From positions 19,234-83,233 of the forward strand of contig JBARQV010000006.1 in the NCBI GenBank assembly GCA_049643885.1: 64,000 nucleotides of DNA. The letters are read 5' to 3'. This DNA is from Candidatus Omnitrophota bacterium (GTDB taxonomy: Bacteria; Omnitrophota; Gorgyraeia; Tantalellales; Tantalellaceae). Both the position numbers and the translations under genes were made by a program. Shown piece by piece: positions 43,502 to 54,160 of the stretch. Each line of letters starts with the position of its first letter. Position 1 is the first letter of the stretch. A model generated the notes under the pieces. The model was not told the origin of the DNA, did not search any database, and was given only the letters and a program-made list of their open reading frames with translations.

Positions 43502-44062
43502 TTGTCCACACTTATTCAAAATATTAACTGGCTGGATATTGTTTTCATAATTCTTTTATTGGGAATGGGTTATAAAGGTGCCAGTATCGGCGTCGGTGGC
43601 CAGATCCTTTCCTTGGTAGGATGGGTTCTCTTATTGTTTACCTCTTTAACTTTTTATACGAAGTTATCCACAGATATTTTTGGTTTTTTAACACAAGATT
43701 GGGCAAGGCCCGTATCTTTTGTTATTATTGCTGGAACGATATTCGTTATAATCAAAGTGCTGGAGAAAATTTCGGGTATGATCAGCGGGGAGGACCTTGC
43801 TCCTATCGAAAAATTCGGCGGCATAGTGATAGCTTCGGTAAGAGCGTGTTTATTTTTCGGCGTGATCGGGATAATGTTTTTGCTTATGCCGCTGGATTTT
43901 ACGCGGACAGCGGTAGTTGAAGGGTCTTTTTCAGGCATGTTTTTTGTCAATTTAGACGCGAAAATATACAGTACGATGACCGGGCGATTAGGTCTTACGG
44001 AAAAACAGACCGGAAAAGGAGTCGTAAAAACGATCTTGTCGCCCCAGCGGAAGGAGAAGTAA
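43502..44062 (+). CDS. cvpA: CvpA-family membrane protein (TTG start)
   Basis: NWLDIVFIILL N-terminus and 4 TM helices typical of colicin V production protein. Confidence 0.6.
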   Translation: MSTLIQNINWLDIVFIILLLGMGYKGASIGVGGQILSLVGWVLLLFTSLTFYTKLSTDIFGFLTQDWARPVSFVIIAGTIFVIIKVLEKISGMISGEDLAPIEKFGGIVIASVRACLFFGVIGIMFLLMPLDFTRTAVVEGSFSGMFFVNLDAKIYSTMTGRLGLTEKQTGKGVVKTILSPQRKEK

Positions 44063-45016
44063 ATGAAATTACGCGACATTTATGATATCGCAGTGAAAAA
44101 AGCGATCCAGGAGGATCAGCGCTCCCGGAAAGCTGTTAAAGAGACCCTGAACGAGGCGAAGAAAGAATACCGGAAAGCCAGGGGGATCGATAAAAAGACT
44201 TTTGACGTCGAAAGCCTGAAAAATCCATATGCTGATACCCGTATCCTGAACGGAACCGGAAAAGAAGAAGTAAAAACAGTGATGATCGGGATCGATATCC
44301 ATGTATCCGAGATCCTGCTTGCCGACAGGTTGCGCGAGAAAGGCGTGAAGATAGATCTTGTCATAGCTCATCATCCGTCGGGGAGGGCCCTGGCAAGGCT
44401 TGACAAAGTCATGGGCTTACAGCCCGGCATATGGGAAAAATACGGTCTTTCCAGAGAAGTGGCCCAGGGGATAATGAAAGACCGTATGGAACAGGTCTTC
44501 AGGGGCGTGGCCGCGGCAAATTCTACCAGGGCTATAGACGCGGCGAAACTGTTAGGCATTCCTTTCATGTGCATCCACACCGCCGCTGATAATTGCGTGG
44601 CGAATTATCTTCAGAAATTGTTCGATAAAAAGAAACCCCGCAAGCTCAGGAATGTCCTGGCCATTTTGAAAGGGATAAACGAGTATAAAAATGGCATGAA
44701 CGCGGGTGCCGGTCCGTATATCATGATCGGCGATGAAAATAAAGATGCCGGCAGGATATTTGTCGATATGACCGGGGGGACTTCAGGCCCGGACAAGATG
44801 TTCGCCCGTCTTTCCCAGGCAGGCGTAAAGACCATCGTCGGCATGCATTGTAAGGACTCGGGGTACAACACCGCGAAAACGGAATTTTTAAATTACGTTA
44901 TAGCGGGACACATAGCAAGCGATAACCTCGGACTCAATTTGTTGCTTGATTCAGTAGAAAAAAAAGGAAAGCTGAAGGTAATTGAGTGCTCGGGATTTAA
45001 AAGAGTAAGAAGATAA
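44063..45016 (+). CDS. divergent Nif3-like (DUF34) dinuclear-metal-centre family protein
   Basis: DLVIAHHP and GIPFMCIHTAAD resemble the Nif3 THHP / HTNlD motifs. The N-terminal region is atypical. Confidence 0.35.
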   Translation: MKLRDIYDIAVKKAIQEDQRSRKAVKETLNEAKKEYRKARGIDKKTFDVESLKNPYADTRILNGTGKEEVKTVMIGIDIHVSEILLADRLREKGVKIDLVIAHHPSGRALARLDKVMGLQPGIWEKYGLSREVAQGIMKDRMEQVFRGVAAANSTRAIDAAKLLGIPFMCIHTAADNCVANYLQKLFDKKKPRKLRNVLAILKGINEYKNGMNAGAGPYIMIGDENKDAGRIFVDMTGGTSGPDKMFARLSQAGVKTIVGMHCKDSGYNTAKTEFLNYVIAGHIASDNLGLNLLLDSVEKKGKLKVIECSGFKRVRR

Positions 45017-45018
45017 CA

Positions 45019-46776
45019 ATGGGAAAGATCCCACAGGAAATAATAGACCAGATACTGGACAAGGTAGATATAGTCGAAGTTGTTTCTGATCACATACAGC
45101 TGAAAAGGGCCGGAAGGAGTTTTAAGGCCAACTGTCCTTTTCACAATGAGAAGACACCTTCCTTTATCGTCAGCCCTGATAAGCAGATATATCACTGTTT
45201 CGGGTGCGGCGAGGGCGGGAACGTTATCGGGTTCGTGATGAAATATGAAAACATGGATTTCCCCGAAACGGTCAAGCTCCTGGCCGCCAGGGCGGGAGTG
45301 GAACTGCCCAAATACAGGGATGAATCCGGGGAAGGGCCGTCTTTGTCGTCCCGTCTTTACGAGACCAACAAGATTGCGGCCACCTTTTATCAAAACTGCC
45401 TGAGAAGCGAAAAAGGGAAGAGAGCGCTTGATTATCTTACCAAGCGGGGTTTTGAAACCACCATTTTAGCCGATTTCAGGATAGGATACGCGCCGAACGA
45501 ATGGGAATCCCTCAGAAGATATTGCGAAGGGAAAAGGATCCCTGCGGATCTTTTAAGAAAAGCCGGTCTTACTATTCCCAGCGAAAAGGGAAAAGGAGAT
45601 TATGACAGGTTCAGAAACAGGATAACCTTCCCTATTTTCAACGAGAGGGGTCATATTGTGGGTTTCGGGGCCAGGGTCATGGATGATTCCTTGCCGAAAT
45701 ACATTAATTCTCCTGAAACCCCGATATACAGTAAAAGTAATGTCCTTTATGGGTTGAATTTCAGCAAGAAAGGCATCCGGGAGAAAGGATACGCGGTCAT
45801 CGTGGAAGGCTACATGGACGTGATAATTCCCTTTCAGTACGGCGTCAACAGTGCCGTAGCTACTTCCGGGACTGCTCTTACTCCAAGACAGATAAGCATG
45901 CTGAAAAAATACACCGATACAGCCATCATGATCTTTGATTCCGACCAGGCCGGAGAAACCGCCAGTCTCAGGGGGCTGGATATGATCATAGAGAACGGCA
46001 TGAAGGTCAGGGTCGTGACTTTGCCCAGGGGGGAGGACCCGGACAGTTTTGTGAGAAAATACGGAAAAGACAAGTTTGAAGAAGCCATCAAAAAAGCGAA
46101 AGACCTTTTTGATTACAAGCTGGACCTCTTGGTAAAGAAATTCGGTGCCGGTAATGTAGGCGGGATAACGGATGAGCTGCTCCCGACGATATCAAAAGTC
46201 GATAATATGGTCATCCAGTCCGATTACTTGAGAAAACTCGCCGAGCGGCTTGGAATACATGAGGCTTCGCTGCGTTATGAGATGCGAAAGGTCAAACCCG
46301 ATTATTCTTACCGCTACGACTCCGAGACCAGGGCCGACAAGGTTTCACGCAATTATAATTTGAGCGAGATCCATCTTTTAGGGCTGGCGATCGTAGATAA
46401 GGGATTTTTTACTGCTATACGTGATGACCTGGGGCTGGACATGTTCCGCGATAAGAACGTGCGCAAGGCTCTGGATTTCGTCAGCGCCGTTTTCAGAGAA
46501 GAGGGAAAGATCAACCTGGGAAAACTTCTGAGCAGGTTTGATAATGATGAAGATCTTAAGGCTGTTGTAATGCAGGCGGTCGCCAAGGCCGATATCACAA
46601 AGGATAGAGACAAGGTTTTGCAGGACTGCATGTTATGCGCCCGCAGGGCAAGCCGGGATGAAAAACTCAAAGATCTGACCAGCAGGCTGAAAAAAGCGCA
46701 GGAGTCGAACAACGATCCGGAAATAAAGGATTTACTTGAGAAGATAAACAGGATACACAAAGAGAGGGTGATCTGA
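45019..46776 (+). CDS. dnaG: DNA primase
   Basis: Zinc-ribbon [17 protein letters not shown] domain (EGYMD), C-terminal helicase-binding domain. Sits upstream of rpoD. Confidence 0.9.
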   Translation: MGKIPQEIIDQILDKVDIVEVVSDHIQLKRAGRSFKANCPFHNEKTPSFIVSPDKQIYHCFGCGEGGNVIGFVMKYENMDFPETVKLLAARAGVELPKYRDESGEGPSLSSRLYETNKIAATFYQNCLRSEKGKRALDYLTKRGFETTILADFRIGYAPNEWESLRRYCEGKRIPADLLRKAGLTIPSEKGKGDYDRFRNRITFPIFNERGHIVGFGARVMDDSLPKYINSPETPIYSKSNVLYGLNFSKKGIREKGYAVIVEGYMDVIIPFQYGVNSAVATSGTALTPRQISMLKKYTDTAIMIFDSDQAGETASLRGLDMIIENGMKVRVVTLPRGEDPDSFVRKYGKDKFEEAIKKAKDLFDYKLDLLVKKFGAGNVGGITDELLPTISKVDNMVIQSDYLRKLAERLGIHEASLRYEMRKVKPDYSYRYDSETRADKVSRNYNLSEIHLLGLAIVDKGFFTAIRDDLGLDMFRDKNVRKALDFVSAVFREEGKINLGKLLSRFDNDEDLKAVVMQAVAKADITKDRDKVLQDCMLCARRASRDEKLKDLTSRLKKAQESNNDPEIKDLLEKINRIHKERVI

Positions 46777-46778
46777 CC

Positions 46779-48404
46779 ATGCCCCGGCAAAAGAAGAAGA
46801 AGAAAACAGAGCAAAAAGAACAGGAAGAAAAGAAGCCGGCGGTCCCGATCGAACCTAAAACCGAGGAAGAGGCTGGCAGCACGAAGTCGGCTATTCTCCG
46901 CAAGCTGATCAGGGCCGGAAAGGACAAAGGGTACCTCAGTTATGATGAGGTGAACGATATTCTGCCCGAGGATGTCAGTTCTTCAGAAGAGATAGACGAG
47001 GTATTCAGCGCGCTTCACAGCGCGGATATCAAGGTCGTGGAGTCTGAAGAAGAAATGGAAAGAATATCCATGGTAGTGAAGGGCGGCCAGAAGAAGATGA
47101 CCACCCGCAAATTTGTCCAGATCGACGATCCCGTCAAGATGTACCTGAAGCAAATGGGACAGATCTCCCTTTTGAGCCGCGACGAGGAGCTCGAACTGGC
47201 CGAAAGGATCAAAAGGAAAGAAAAAGAATTCAAGGATATAGTGTTCAATGTCAAGATGGGCAGGGGAAAGATCCTGGAAGAGATCGAAGAAGCCTTTGAC
47301 AATGAGTATAACCTGGACGATGTCCTTGATATTGAACCTAACGCGGACATTTATAAGCTTGAAACGAGGAAGCGCGGGCTTATAAGAAGGATAAAACTTT
47401 CCAAGAAAAAAAATACGGTCCTTGTGCTCATGAACAAGCTGAAGGTCGCCGTTGCCCTGGCGGAAAGGGTCGCTGATGAAGTAGTAAGACTGATGGAAGG
47501 ATGCAAGAAGTGGCATAGCCGGGTGGCCAAGCTTAAGAAGGACAGGAAAAAGAAAGAACTAAGAGAGGCCCAGAGCGAGCTCAGGAAGGCGACCAGGTCA
47601 ATAGGCGGACCGCTGGACCAGATATTAAAAGACCTGGAAGATATCAGGCAGATAGAAATGGAATATATAAAGGCCAAGAAAGAGCTGGTAGCGGCTAACC
47701 TTCGCCTTGTTGTCAGCATAGCTAAAAAATACACTAATCGCGGCCTTTCCTTCCTGGACCTGATCCAGGAAGGCAATATGGGCCTTATGAAAGCCGTGGA
47801 CAAGTTTGAATACGAAAGGGGCTATAAGTTCAGCACTTACGCAACCTGGTGGATACGACAGGCGATCACACGTTCCATAGCTGACCAGTCCAGGACCATA
47901 CGTATCCCGGTCCATATGACGGAGACCATCAACAAACTGGTGAGGGCGTCGCGGGTCCTGGTCCAGCGGAACGGGAGAGAACCCACTCCGGAAGAGATAG
48001 CGGCCGAAATGAAGGTGCCGGTCTCGAAAGTAAGAGAGATCATCAAGATCGCCCAGCATCCGATATCGCTTGAGACCCCGATCGGAGATGAAGGGGATAC
48101 CAGTTTTGGGGATTTCATCGAGGATAAATCGGCGATCTCGCCCGCGAATGCCACGGCTTACGCGATGCTCAAAGAGCAGATGGACGATGTCCTCGCGACA
48201 CTGACCGAGCGTGAAAGAAAAGTACTGACCCTCAGGTTCGGCATAGGGGACGGTTGTCCTAGGACGCTTGAGGAAGTAGGGAAAATATTCAATGTTACCA
48301 GGGAAAGAGTCCGGCAGATAGAAGCTAAGGCGCTGAAGAAACTAAAACACCCTATCAGGGCGAAGAAACTTAAGAACTTTCTGGATATGGGTTTTTCAGA
48401 ATGA
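46779..48404 (+). CDS. rpoD: RNA polymerase sigma-70 factor
   Basis: Regions 1.2, 2, 3 and 4 present ([10 protein letters not shown], etc.). Lysine-rich N-terminal extension. Confidence 0.9.
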   Translation: MPRQKKKKKTEQKEQEEKKPAVPIEPKTEEEAGSTKSAILRKLIRAGKDKGYLSYDEVNDILPEDVSSSEEIDEVFSALHSADIKVVESEEEMERISMVVKGGQKKMTTRKFVQIDDPVKMYLKQMGQISLLSRDEELELAERIKRKEKEFKDIVFNVKMGRGKILEEIEEAFDNEYNLDDVLDIEPNADIYKLETRKRGLIRRIKLSKKKNTVLVLMNKLKVAVALAERVADEVVRLMEGCKKWHSRVAKLKKDRKKKELREAQSELRKATRSIGGPLDQILKDLEDIRQIEMEYIKAKKELVAANLRLVVSIAKKYTNRGLSFLDLIQEGNMGLMKAVDKFEYERGYKFSTYATWWIRQAITRSIADQSRTIRIPVHMTETINKLVRASRVLVQRNGREPTPEEIAAEMKVPVSKVREIIKIAQHPISLETPIGDEGDTSFGDFIEDKSAISPANATAYAMLKEQMDDVLATLTERERKVLTLRFGIGDGCPRTLEEVGKIFNVTRERVRQIEAKALKKLKHPIRAKKLKNFLDMGFSE

Positions 48405-48425
48405 TAATTTAGGAAGGAGAAAGAT

Positions 48426-48656
48426 ATGGAAGAATTGAAAGTCGAACTTTTCATCCCGGGAGACCTGAAAGATGATCCCATACTGTACAACATGATAAAG
48501 GATTTCAACGTTTTCGTTAAGGTAGTGGAAGCGTCTTTTTCCACGGAAAGCGGATGGGCGTATCTGGTGCTCCGGGGGGAAAAAAATGAAATGGAAAAAA
48601 TGTTCAAATATCTCCGGGGGTTAGGTGTCAGTATAGAATTAAGGAACGAATCGTAA
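48426..48656 (+). CDS. hypothetical small protein (possibly ACT/NIL-like fold)
   Basis: ORF with the RBS GGAAGGAGA. No confident domain. Confidence 0.3.
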   Translation: MEELKVELFIPGDLKDDPILYNMIKDFNVFVKVVEASFSTESGWAYLVLRGEKNEMEKMFKYLRGLGVSIELRNES

Positions 48657-48698
48657 GAACGTCTGGACCAGGTCTACCTGTGCCGCGTATGTGAGATA

Positions 48699-49439
48699 AT
48701 GAGGCTCGTAAGATTCCGCTATCAGGATTCGATATATAAAGGTCATATTTCAGGTGATGAGGTAGTGATAGACGTTCCCGGTGCGGATGCGGAACGTCTA
48801 AAGCTTGAAGAAGTTTCATTGCTCGCCCCCGTAGAACCCTCCAAGATCATATCTGTTGGTTTAAATTATAAAGATCATGCCGAAGAGTTGGGTATGCCCT
48901 TGCCGCAAGAGCCGGTGATATTCATAAAACCCTCGACTTCGGTCATAGGCCCGGGAGACGTTATCGTGTACCCTCGCGCGGCTACTAGAGTGGATTACGA
49001 AGCGGAACTCGCGGTGGTTATAAAGGACAAAGCTCGGAACGTGACGGCCAAGGACGCGCCCCGCTATATCGCCGGGTATACCTGCTTTAACGACGTGACG
49101 GCCAGGGATATTCAGAAAAAGGATGTCCAGTGGAGCAGGGCAAAGTCGTTCGATACTTTTGCTCCTGTCGGACCCTGGGTCGAGACCGATATTGACCCCG
49201 GTAATCTGCGGATAAAGACGCTATTGAACGGCAAGATCAAGCAGGATTCATCCACGGCCGAGTTTATTTATTCCGTGCCTGAACTGGTCAGTTTTGTCTC
49301 CGGGATAATGACGCTCCTTCCCGGTGACGTGATATCGACAGGGACACCGCCGAATGTCGGTCCCATGAAACCGGGTGATGAAGTAATAGTGGAAATCGAA
49401 GGAATAGGACAACTAAAGAACAAGGTTGAGCTGGAATGA
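48699..49439 (+). CDS. fumarylacetoacetate hydrolase-family protein (2-keto-4-pentenoate hydratase-like)
   Basis: FAH-fold motifs (GLNYKDHAEE, DYEAELAVVIGK-like, GTP.G). Confidence 0.8.
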   Translation: MRLVRFRYQDSIYKGHISGDEVVIDVPGADAERLKLEEVSLLAPVEPSKIISVGLNYKDHAEELGMPLPQEPVIFIKPSTSVIGPGDVIVYPRAATRVDYEAELAVVIKDKARNVTAKDAPRYIAGYTCFNDVTARDIQKKDVQWSRAKSFDTFAPVGPWVETDIDPGNLRIKTLLNGKIKQDSSTAEFIYSVPELVSFVSGIMTLLPGDVISTGTPPNVGPMKPGDEVIVEIEGIGQLKNKVELE

Positions 49440-49891
49440 AAGTCGTCTTACAAAGAGTCAAAGAAGCATCGGTATCCGTTGGCGGAGCGCAGAAAAGTTC
49501 CATCGGCAAGGGATTTTTGCTGCTTGTGGGTATCGGCAGGACGGATAAGCTGGATGTCGTGAAAAAAATGGCCCGTAAGATAAGCAAGATGAGGATCTTC
49601 GAGGATGAAAACGGCAAGATGAACCTGGACTTGATCCAGGCCGGCGGAGAGATATTGAGCGTTCCCCAGTTCACGCTGTTAGCTGATACGAGGAAAGGGA
49701 ACAGGCCTGGTTTTGATGATGCCGCCGACCCCGGGGAAGCGGAAGCTTTATGGAAAATGTTCAACCACTCGTTAAGGGATGAGAATGTTTCCGTCAAGGA
49801 GGGGGAGTTCGGCGCGCACATGGAGATAAACCTTATAAATGATGGTCCGGTGACAATTATTCTTGAACTGAACGCGGGAGGGGGAAAATGA
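49436..49891 (+). CDS. dtd: D-aminoacyl-tRNA deacylase
   Basis: MKVVLQRV...SVPQFTL...GPVT signature. About 150 aa. Confidence 0.85.
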   Translation: MKVVLQRVKEASVSVGGAQKSSIGKGFLLLVGIGRTDKLDVVKKMARKISKMRIFEDENGKMNLDLIQAGGEILSVPQFTLLADTRKGNRPGFDDAADPGEAEALWKMFNHSLRDENVSVKEGEFGAHMEINLINDGPVTIILELNAGGGK

Positions 49892-50355
49892 AGTTTTGTT
49901 CGGGACAGGAGATCGCCGTTGTGCTTACAGGCCTGATATCTGAAAAGCACCAAATACACAAGTACAGCGTAGACCTTACTGTCGGAAAGGTCTATTCGAT
50001 GAAAAAAGAAGGCGACCTGGATTTTGGCGGGAGCGAGGAGAAAGAAGCCCTTATCGAGCAGATAAAGCCCGTTAAAAGGACACCAGGAGATAAATACGGC
50101 TGGTGGAATCTTACCGCAGGCCAATATATGGTGGAATATAACGAAAAGGCTGTTGTGCCTGAAAAATGCCTGTGCATCCTGCAGCCGCTCTTGAGGACCC
50201 TTGGAGCGGGGGCTATGCATCCTACCCTGGTCTTCTGCAGCGGCGAAATGGTTGAAAGGATCGTTGTAATAGTCGGAAAATCCGGGCTTAATATCAAGGA
50301 GAACGCCAGGATATCTTCTATCATGGGGATCGAGGCCGTAGAAGTGAAAGAGTAA
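49888..50355 (+). CDS. putative dUTPase-fold (dCTP deaminase-like) protein
   Basis: Weak pattern similarity only. Its start overlaps the dtd stop. Confidence 0.3.
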   Translation: MKFCSGQEIAVVLTGLISEKHQIHKYSVDLTVGKVYSMKKEGDLDFGGSEEKEALIEQIKPVKRTPGDKYGWWNLTAGQYMVEYNEKAVVPEKCLCILQPLLRTLGAGAMHPTLVFCSGEMVERIVVIVGKSGLNIKENARISSIMGIEAVEVKE

Positions 50356-50382
50356 ACCATGTGCTCATTAAAGGAGGGAGAT

Positions 50383-50655
50383 ATGGGAAAAATAAAGATC
50401 GAAAAACCGGATGCCGGGAAACTGAAAAAGCTCGGCGTGGATTCATGGCCGATATGGGAAAAAGGCATTTCCCGTTTTGATTGGAGTTATGACGAGCAGG
50501 AAACGTGCTATATACTTGAAGGAAAAGCAAAAGTCGAGCCTAAAGCAGGTGAACCGGTTGAGTTTCAGGCGGGCGACCTGGTCACATTTCCAAAAGGGAT
50601 GAATTGCGTATGGGAAATATCGAGCCCAATAAGAAAACATTACAAGTTCGGATGA
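50383..50655 (+). CDS. cupin-domain protein (cupin_3 / DUF861-like)
   Basis: RBS AAGGAGGG, and G.....GD...FP.G cupin motifs. Start trimmed to MGKIKIEK. Confidence 0.6.
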   Translation: MGKIKIEKPDAGKLKKLGVDSWPIWEKGISRFDWSYDEQETCYILEGKAKVEPKAGEPVEFQAGDLVTFPKGMNCVWEISSPIRKHYKFG

Positions 50656-51146
50656 TCTTAGGAAGAAAATATATCGTTTGCATTTTAGCCGTCATGTTGT
50701 CGGCCGTTCTTTTCCCCGGCCTGTCCCCGGCGGAAGAAGGACGGCTGCACGCGGGCGATGGCATGGGCATGGGTTTCCCGCTTGGAGGGATGTCAGAGGA
50801 TGCTGACCTGGATCTGTGTCCGATGGGCTCTCATGTCATCAGACTATTTCTCGAAGCATGGGAAAAAGAGGATCTCAGGGAGATGTATGAACTGATCGAT
50901 GACAGCAGCAAAGAGGATTATCCTTTCGAGCAGGCAAGATTAGATCTTATGTTGCTCGAATTTAAACCTTACACGATAAGCCAGGTAAGAAAAGACGGGG
51001 ATGATTTTGAATTTATACTCAGTCATGGAAACTGGCAGGACGGGGATAAAGAGCTCAGAAAAATGGTGATCAGCGGGAAAACATATAAAATAATCATGCC
51101 CACGAAAAATTCTCCTTTCAAAAAATCAGCTGAATCATATCACTAA
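50652..51146 (+). CDS. hypothetical secreted protein
   Basis: Signal peptide MILGRKYIVCILAVMLSAVLFPGLSPA. No known domain. Confidence 0.4.
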   Translation: MILGRKYIVCILAVMLSAVLFPGLSPAEEGRLHAGDGMGMGFPLGGMSEDADLDLCPMGSHVIRLFLEAWEKEDLREMYELIDDSSKEDYPFEQARLDLMLLEFKPYTISQVRKDGDDFEFILSHGNWQDGDKELRKMVISGKTYKIIMPTKNSPFKKSAESYH

Positions 51147-51189
51147 TATTCATAAAAACCGCGGTTAGACAGTTTTTTTATTTCCTTAT

Positions 51190-51223
51190 TTGACAAGTAT
51201 ATATACTTGTGATATACTTGTCA
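51190..51223 (+). promoter_or_regulatory. promoter with embedded perfect 18-bp palindromic operator (TTGACA-AGTATATATACTTGT-GATATACTTGTCA)
   Basis: -35 TTGACA, 17-nt spacer, -10 TATACT. ACAAGTATATATACTTGT equals its own reverse complement. A third half-site follows. Confidence 0.55.
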
Positions 51224-51238
51224 TTACACGGAGGAATC

Positions 51239-51412
51239 ATGAGAAGGAGATCCATGTTCAGGTTTTTTGCCACGGTATCCGACAGGGGGCAGATCTTCAT
51301 ACCCAGGGTGCTGCAGGACTATTTCCATATAAAAAGCAGAGATAAAGTCATGTTCCAGGTATTAGATGACGGGAAAGTGGTTTTTGAAAAAAAAGAGGGG
51401 GATGCGAAGTGA
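51239..51412 (+). CDS. AbrB/MazE/SpoVT-family DNA-binding protein (antitoxin-like)
   Basis: SDRGQIFIPRVLQDYFHIKSRDKVMF is a looped-hinge-helix motif. RBS GGAGG upstream. Confidence 0.55.
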   Translation: MRRRSMFRFFATVSDRGQIFIPRVLQDYFHIKSRDKVMFQVLDDGKVVFEKKEGDAK

Positions 51413-51591
51413 TGAAAAGAAGAAAATATATCCAGTCATGTGAAGTGGGATCTATGTACGGGAAGAAGAAAAACCAGAGAAAGACCGCTGCGCATAGCGC
51501 AAAAGTGCGGAAGAAGGACCTCACGGACGTATATAACAAATTTTTTAAGGACCAGGTCGCGGCGTTGTACAAGGCAATAAACAGCATCTAG
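51409..51591 (+). CDS. hypothetical small basic protein (60 aa), translationally coupled to the AbrB-like gene
   Basis: ATGA overlap with the upstream stop. Lys/Arg-rich, no homology recognised. Confidence 0.3.
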   Translation: MMKRRKYIQSCEVGSMYGKKKNQRKTAAHSAKVRKKDLTDVYNKFFKDQVAALYKAINSI

Positions 51592-51689
51592 ATTTTGATT
51601 TCCCCCACATAGTTCTTGAAAAAATTTTCCCTTGTAGTAATATGAATATGCAAACTTCATATAACTATTAAGAGGGAAGGAGTTTCTTT

Positions 51690-52901
51690 ATGGATATCAA
51701 AAAGATAGGTATAATGACCAGCGGTGGCGATTGCGGCGGGTTAAACGCAGTTGTCAAAGGTGCGGCTGATGCTTCGATCAGATCAGGAATAAGATGCTTT
51801 GTCATACCGAACGGGTACGCGGGGCTATATAATCTTATCGATTTCGATGAATTGATCGAGCTCACAGAACGGCGGACTGATCTTATAGATGCCAACCCGG
51901 CCGGTTCCGAGGCGGGGCATTCCAGGGTCAAGATAAAGAAGATAAAAGACGAAAATAAATATGAACGCATCAAGAAGGGCCTGGAAAAGTTCGGGATAGA
52001 CGGCCTTGTTATCAGCGGGGGAGACGATACCGGCAGCGTTATCATAGACCTTTTTAAGCACGGTATCCCGTGCGTCCATGTCCCTAAGACCATGGATCTC
52101 GATCTTCAGACGTATTCGGTCGGAGGTGATTCCACGGTCAACCGCATAGCGAATTTCGCGGAAGACCTGAAAACTACCGGGAAGACCCACAACAGGGTCA
52201 TCGTTCTTGAAGTGTTCGGCAGGTATGCCGGGCATACGGCCTTGCGAGGCGGCGTAGCCGCCGATGCGGACGCGGTATTGATCCCGGAAATACCTGTCGA
52301 TTTTGATATCTTGTACGTCCATGTCAAGGAAAGGCTTACGAAAAGGATCCTCGGGAGCGATGTCCATGCCGGAACATATCTTATCATCGCGGCCGAGGGG
52401 CTTAGAGACGTCAGCGGAAAAGCGATCGTTGATGAAAGCACGGGAGTCGACGCTTTCGGACATAAAAAACTCGCGGGTGCGGGTAAATATGTCCGCCAGG
52501 AATTGTCTAAAAGATTTAAGGTCGATCCGGAAATAGTCGATTTCATGAAGAAATCCCACATGTATGTCGAAGAGCTTTATGTTGCGCCTGAGGTGCGCGA
52601 GGTGACTCCGGGGCATCTTGTGCGTTCCGGGCGAAGCTCCGCGTATGACGTGAATTTCGGAAGGGAAGGCGGATCTGCAGCAGTAGCTCTCCTGAAAAAC
52701 GGCATAACAGGCGTTACGGTGGCGGGGGTCTCCGGTAAAGAGGTCCGTTACATGTCGACCGAAGCAGCCATAAAGCCGAGGCACGTAGATCTGGACCTTG
52801 TCAGCCTTTATGAACAGCTCGGCATCTGTTTCGGCAGGGATCCCGGAAAATTCACTCCTACGTTTAAAGAGCTGGAAAAAGCCCCTGAGAGGTTTCTATA
52901 A
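51690..52901 (+). CDS. pfk: 6-phosphofructokinase (PfkA family, possibly PPi-dependent type)
   Basis: GIMTSGGDCGGLNAVV...GGDDT...MDLD motifs. 403 aa. Confidence 0.85.
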   Translation: MDIKKIGIMTSGGDCGGLNAVVKGAADASIRSGIRCFVIPNGYAGLYNLIDFDELIELTERRTDLIDANPAGSEAGHSRVKIKKIKDENKYERIKKGLEKFGIDGLVISGGDDTGSVIIDLFKHGIPCVHVPKTMDLDLQTYSVGGDSTVNRIANFAEDLKTTGKTHNRVIVLEVFGRYAGHTALRGGVAADADAVLIPEIPVDFDILYVHVKERLTKRILGSDVHAGTYLIIAAEGLRDVSGKAIVDESTGVDAFGHKKLAGAGKYVRQELSKRFKVDPEIVDFMKKSHMYVEELYVAPEVREVTPGHLVRSGRSSAYDVNFGREGGSAAVALLKNGITGVTVAGVSGKEVRYMSTEAAIKPRHVDLDLVSLYEQLGICFGRDPGKFTPTFKELEKAPERFL

Positions 52902-52994
52902 ATGAGCACATGATTTACGAACACGATAGTGTCCGTAAATCATAAGTGCGAATTTATCCCGTCCGACATAAAAACGCCCCAAGCGGCGTCGGTG

Positions 52995-53369
52995 ATGATA
53001 ACGGACGGGATAACTCAAACCATGATAACGAATGAACGAAGAGCTTTCAAGAGGGTGAACAATAGGTTTAACGTAACTTTTAAACCCCTTGATGATCCGG
53101 GAACCAATGCTGGCAGTTCATTTACAAAAAATATCAGCATAGGCGGGGTTTATTTTACCAGCCTTAAAAAATTCGACATAGGACAACTTGTAGACTGCCG
53201 CATAGGTGTTCCCGGAGCAGCCAAAGAGGGCAAATGGACCGGAAGGGTCGTCCGCTGTGAAGACCTGGAAGATCATGTAGTGGACACGTACGGCATTGCC
53301 GTCGAGTTTGTCAGATCTTTCGGCAACGCGGAAAAAGATTTAAAAAAAGCGCTGGAAAAAGACCTGTAA
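52995..53369 (+). CDS. PilZ-domain protein
   Basis: RRAFKR...ISIGG c-di-GMP-binding motifs. The ORF is open from 52929, so the start is uncertain. Confidence 0.6.
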   Translation: MITDGITQTMITNERRAFKRVNNRFNVTFKPLDDPGTNAGSSFTKNISIGGVYFTSLKKFDIGQLVDCRIGVPGAAKEGKWTGRVVRCEDLEDHVVDTYGIAVEFVRSFGNAEKDLKKALEKDL

Positions 53370-53735
53370 GTCATTTTTCTCGTCAAAAATCTTAGAAAAA
53401 ATATTTTTTCTAAAATTTTTTCATCCAACCAAAACAAAATCCAGAGAAAATATTTTTTTATTCTTTTTGAACAACCCTAGAATGAACGCTCCGTAAAGCC
53501 TGATATCAGAGGTTTTTAGAAGCTCAAAACTCCCGGGGCGTTAAATGGATCGGATCGGAGGCCCCGGAGGAGAGTTTTGTTCGCGGAAGGAAAAAATAAT
53601 GAAATAAAAAATGAAAAAATTTTGTTTTTCGCCTTGCAAATCGAAAATAATAATGTATTCTTTTTAACAAAGAGGAAAAAGAGCAACGAAAAAGATTTTG
53701 TGATTAAAAAGTTTTAAAACGAAGGGAGGCATGAC

Positions 53736-53852
53736 ATGGCGAAGAAGAAAAAGAAAGCAGCGAAGAAAAAAGTAGCGAAGAAGAAGGTCGTAAAGAAAAA
53801 GACAACAAAAAAAGCCGCGAAGAAAAAGAAAAAGTAGTTTTTCGGCATATTA
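53736..53852 (+). CDS. lysine-rich micro-protein (about 38 aa, MAKKKKKAAKKKVAKKKVVKKK...)
   Basis: RBS GAAGGGAGG 6 nt upstream. A rho-independent terminator lies 20 nt downstream. Confidence 0.3.
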
Positions 53853-53870
53853 GCTGAAAAAGTTTAATGA

Positions 53871-53904
53871 AAGAGGTGGTTTCCAAGGGGAACCACCTTT
53901 TTTT
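53871..53904 (+). terminator. rho-independent terminator (ggtggtttcc-aagg-ggaaccacc plus T8)
   Basis: Read directly from the sequence. Confidence 0.6.
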
Positions 53905-54044
53905 TAACTCCATTTTCCTTGCCAATTTTCTGACCCCTATGTTATAATTACGCGAAAATAACAAGGTGGGGGCATCCCCCTTCGCCAAACAAATTACATA
54001 TTATTAGGCTACGGAGGATAGCCCCGCAAATCGTTAGTAAAGGT

Positions 54045-54121
54045 GGGGGCATAGCTCAATTGGTTAGAGCAACTGACTCATAATCAGTAGGTTCATGGTT
54101 CAAGTCCATGTGCCCCCACCA
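54045..54121 (+). tRNA. tRNA-Met/Ile2 (anticodon CAU; elongator-type, G1:C72)
   Basis: Acceptor GGGGGCA/TGCCCCC, anticodon loop CTCATAA, T-loop TTCAAGT, encoded CCA. Confidence 0.8.
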
Positions 54122-54160
54122 TTTATCGCCCACACGATGCGATGGACGATGGACAAAAAA

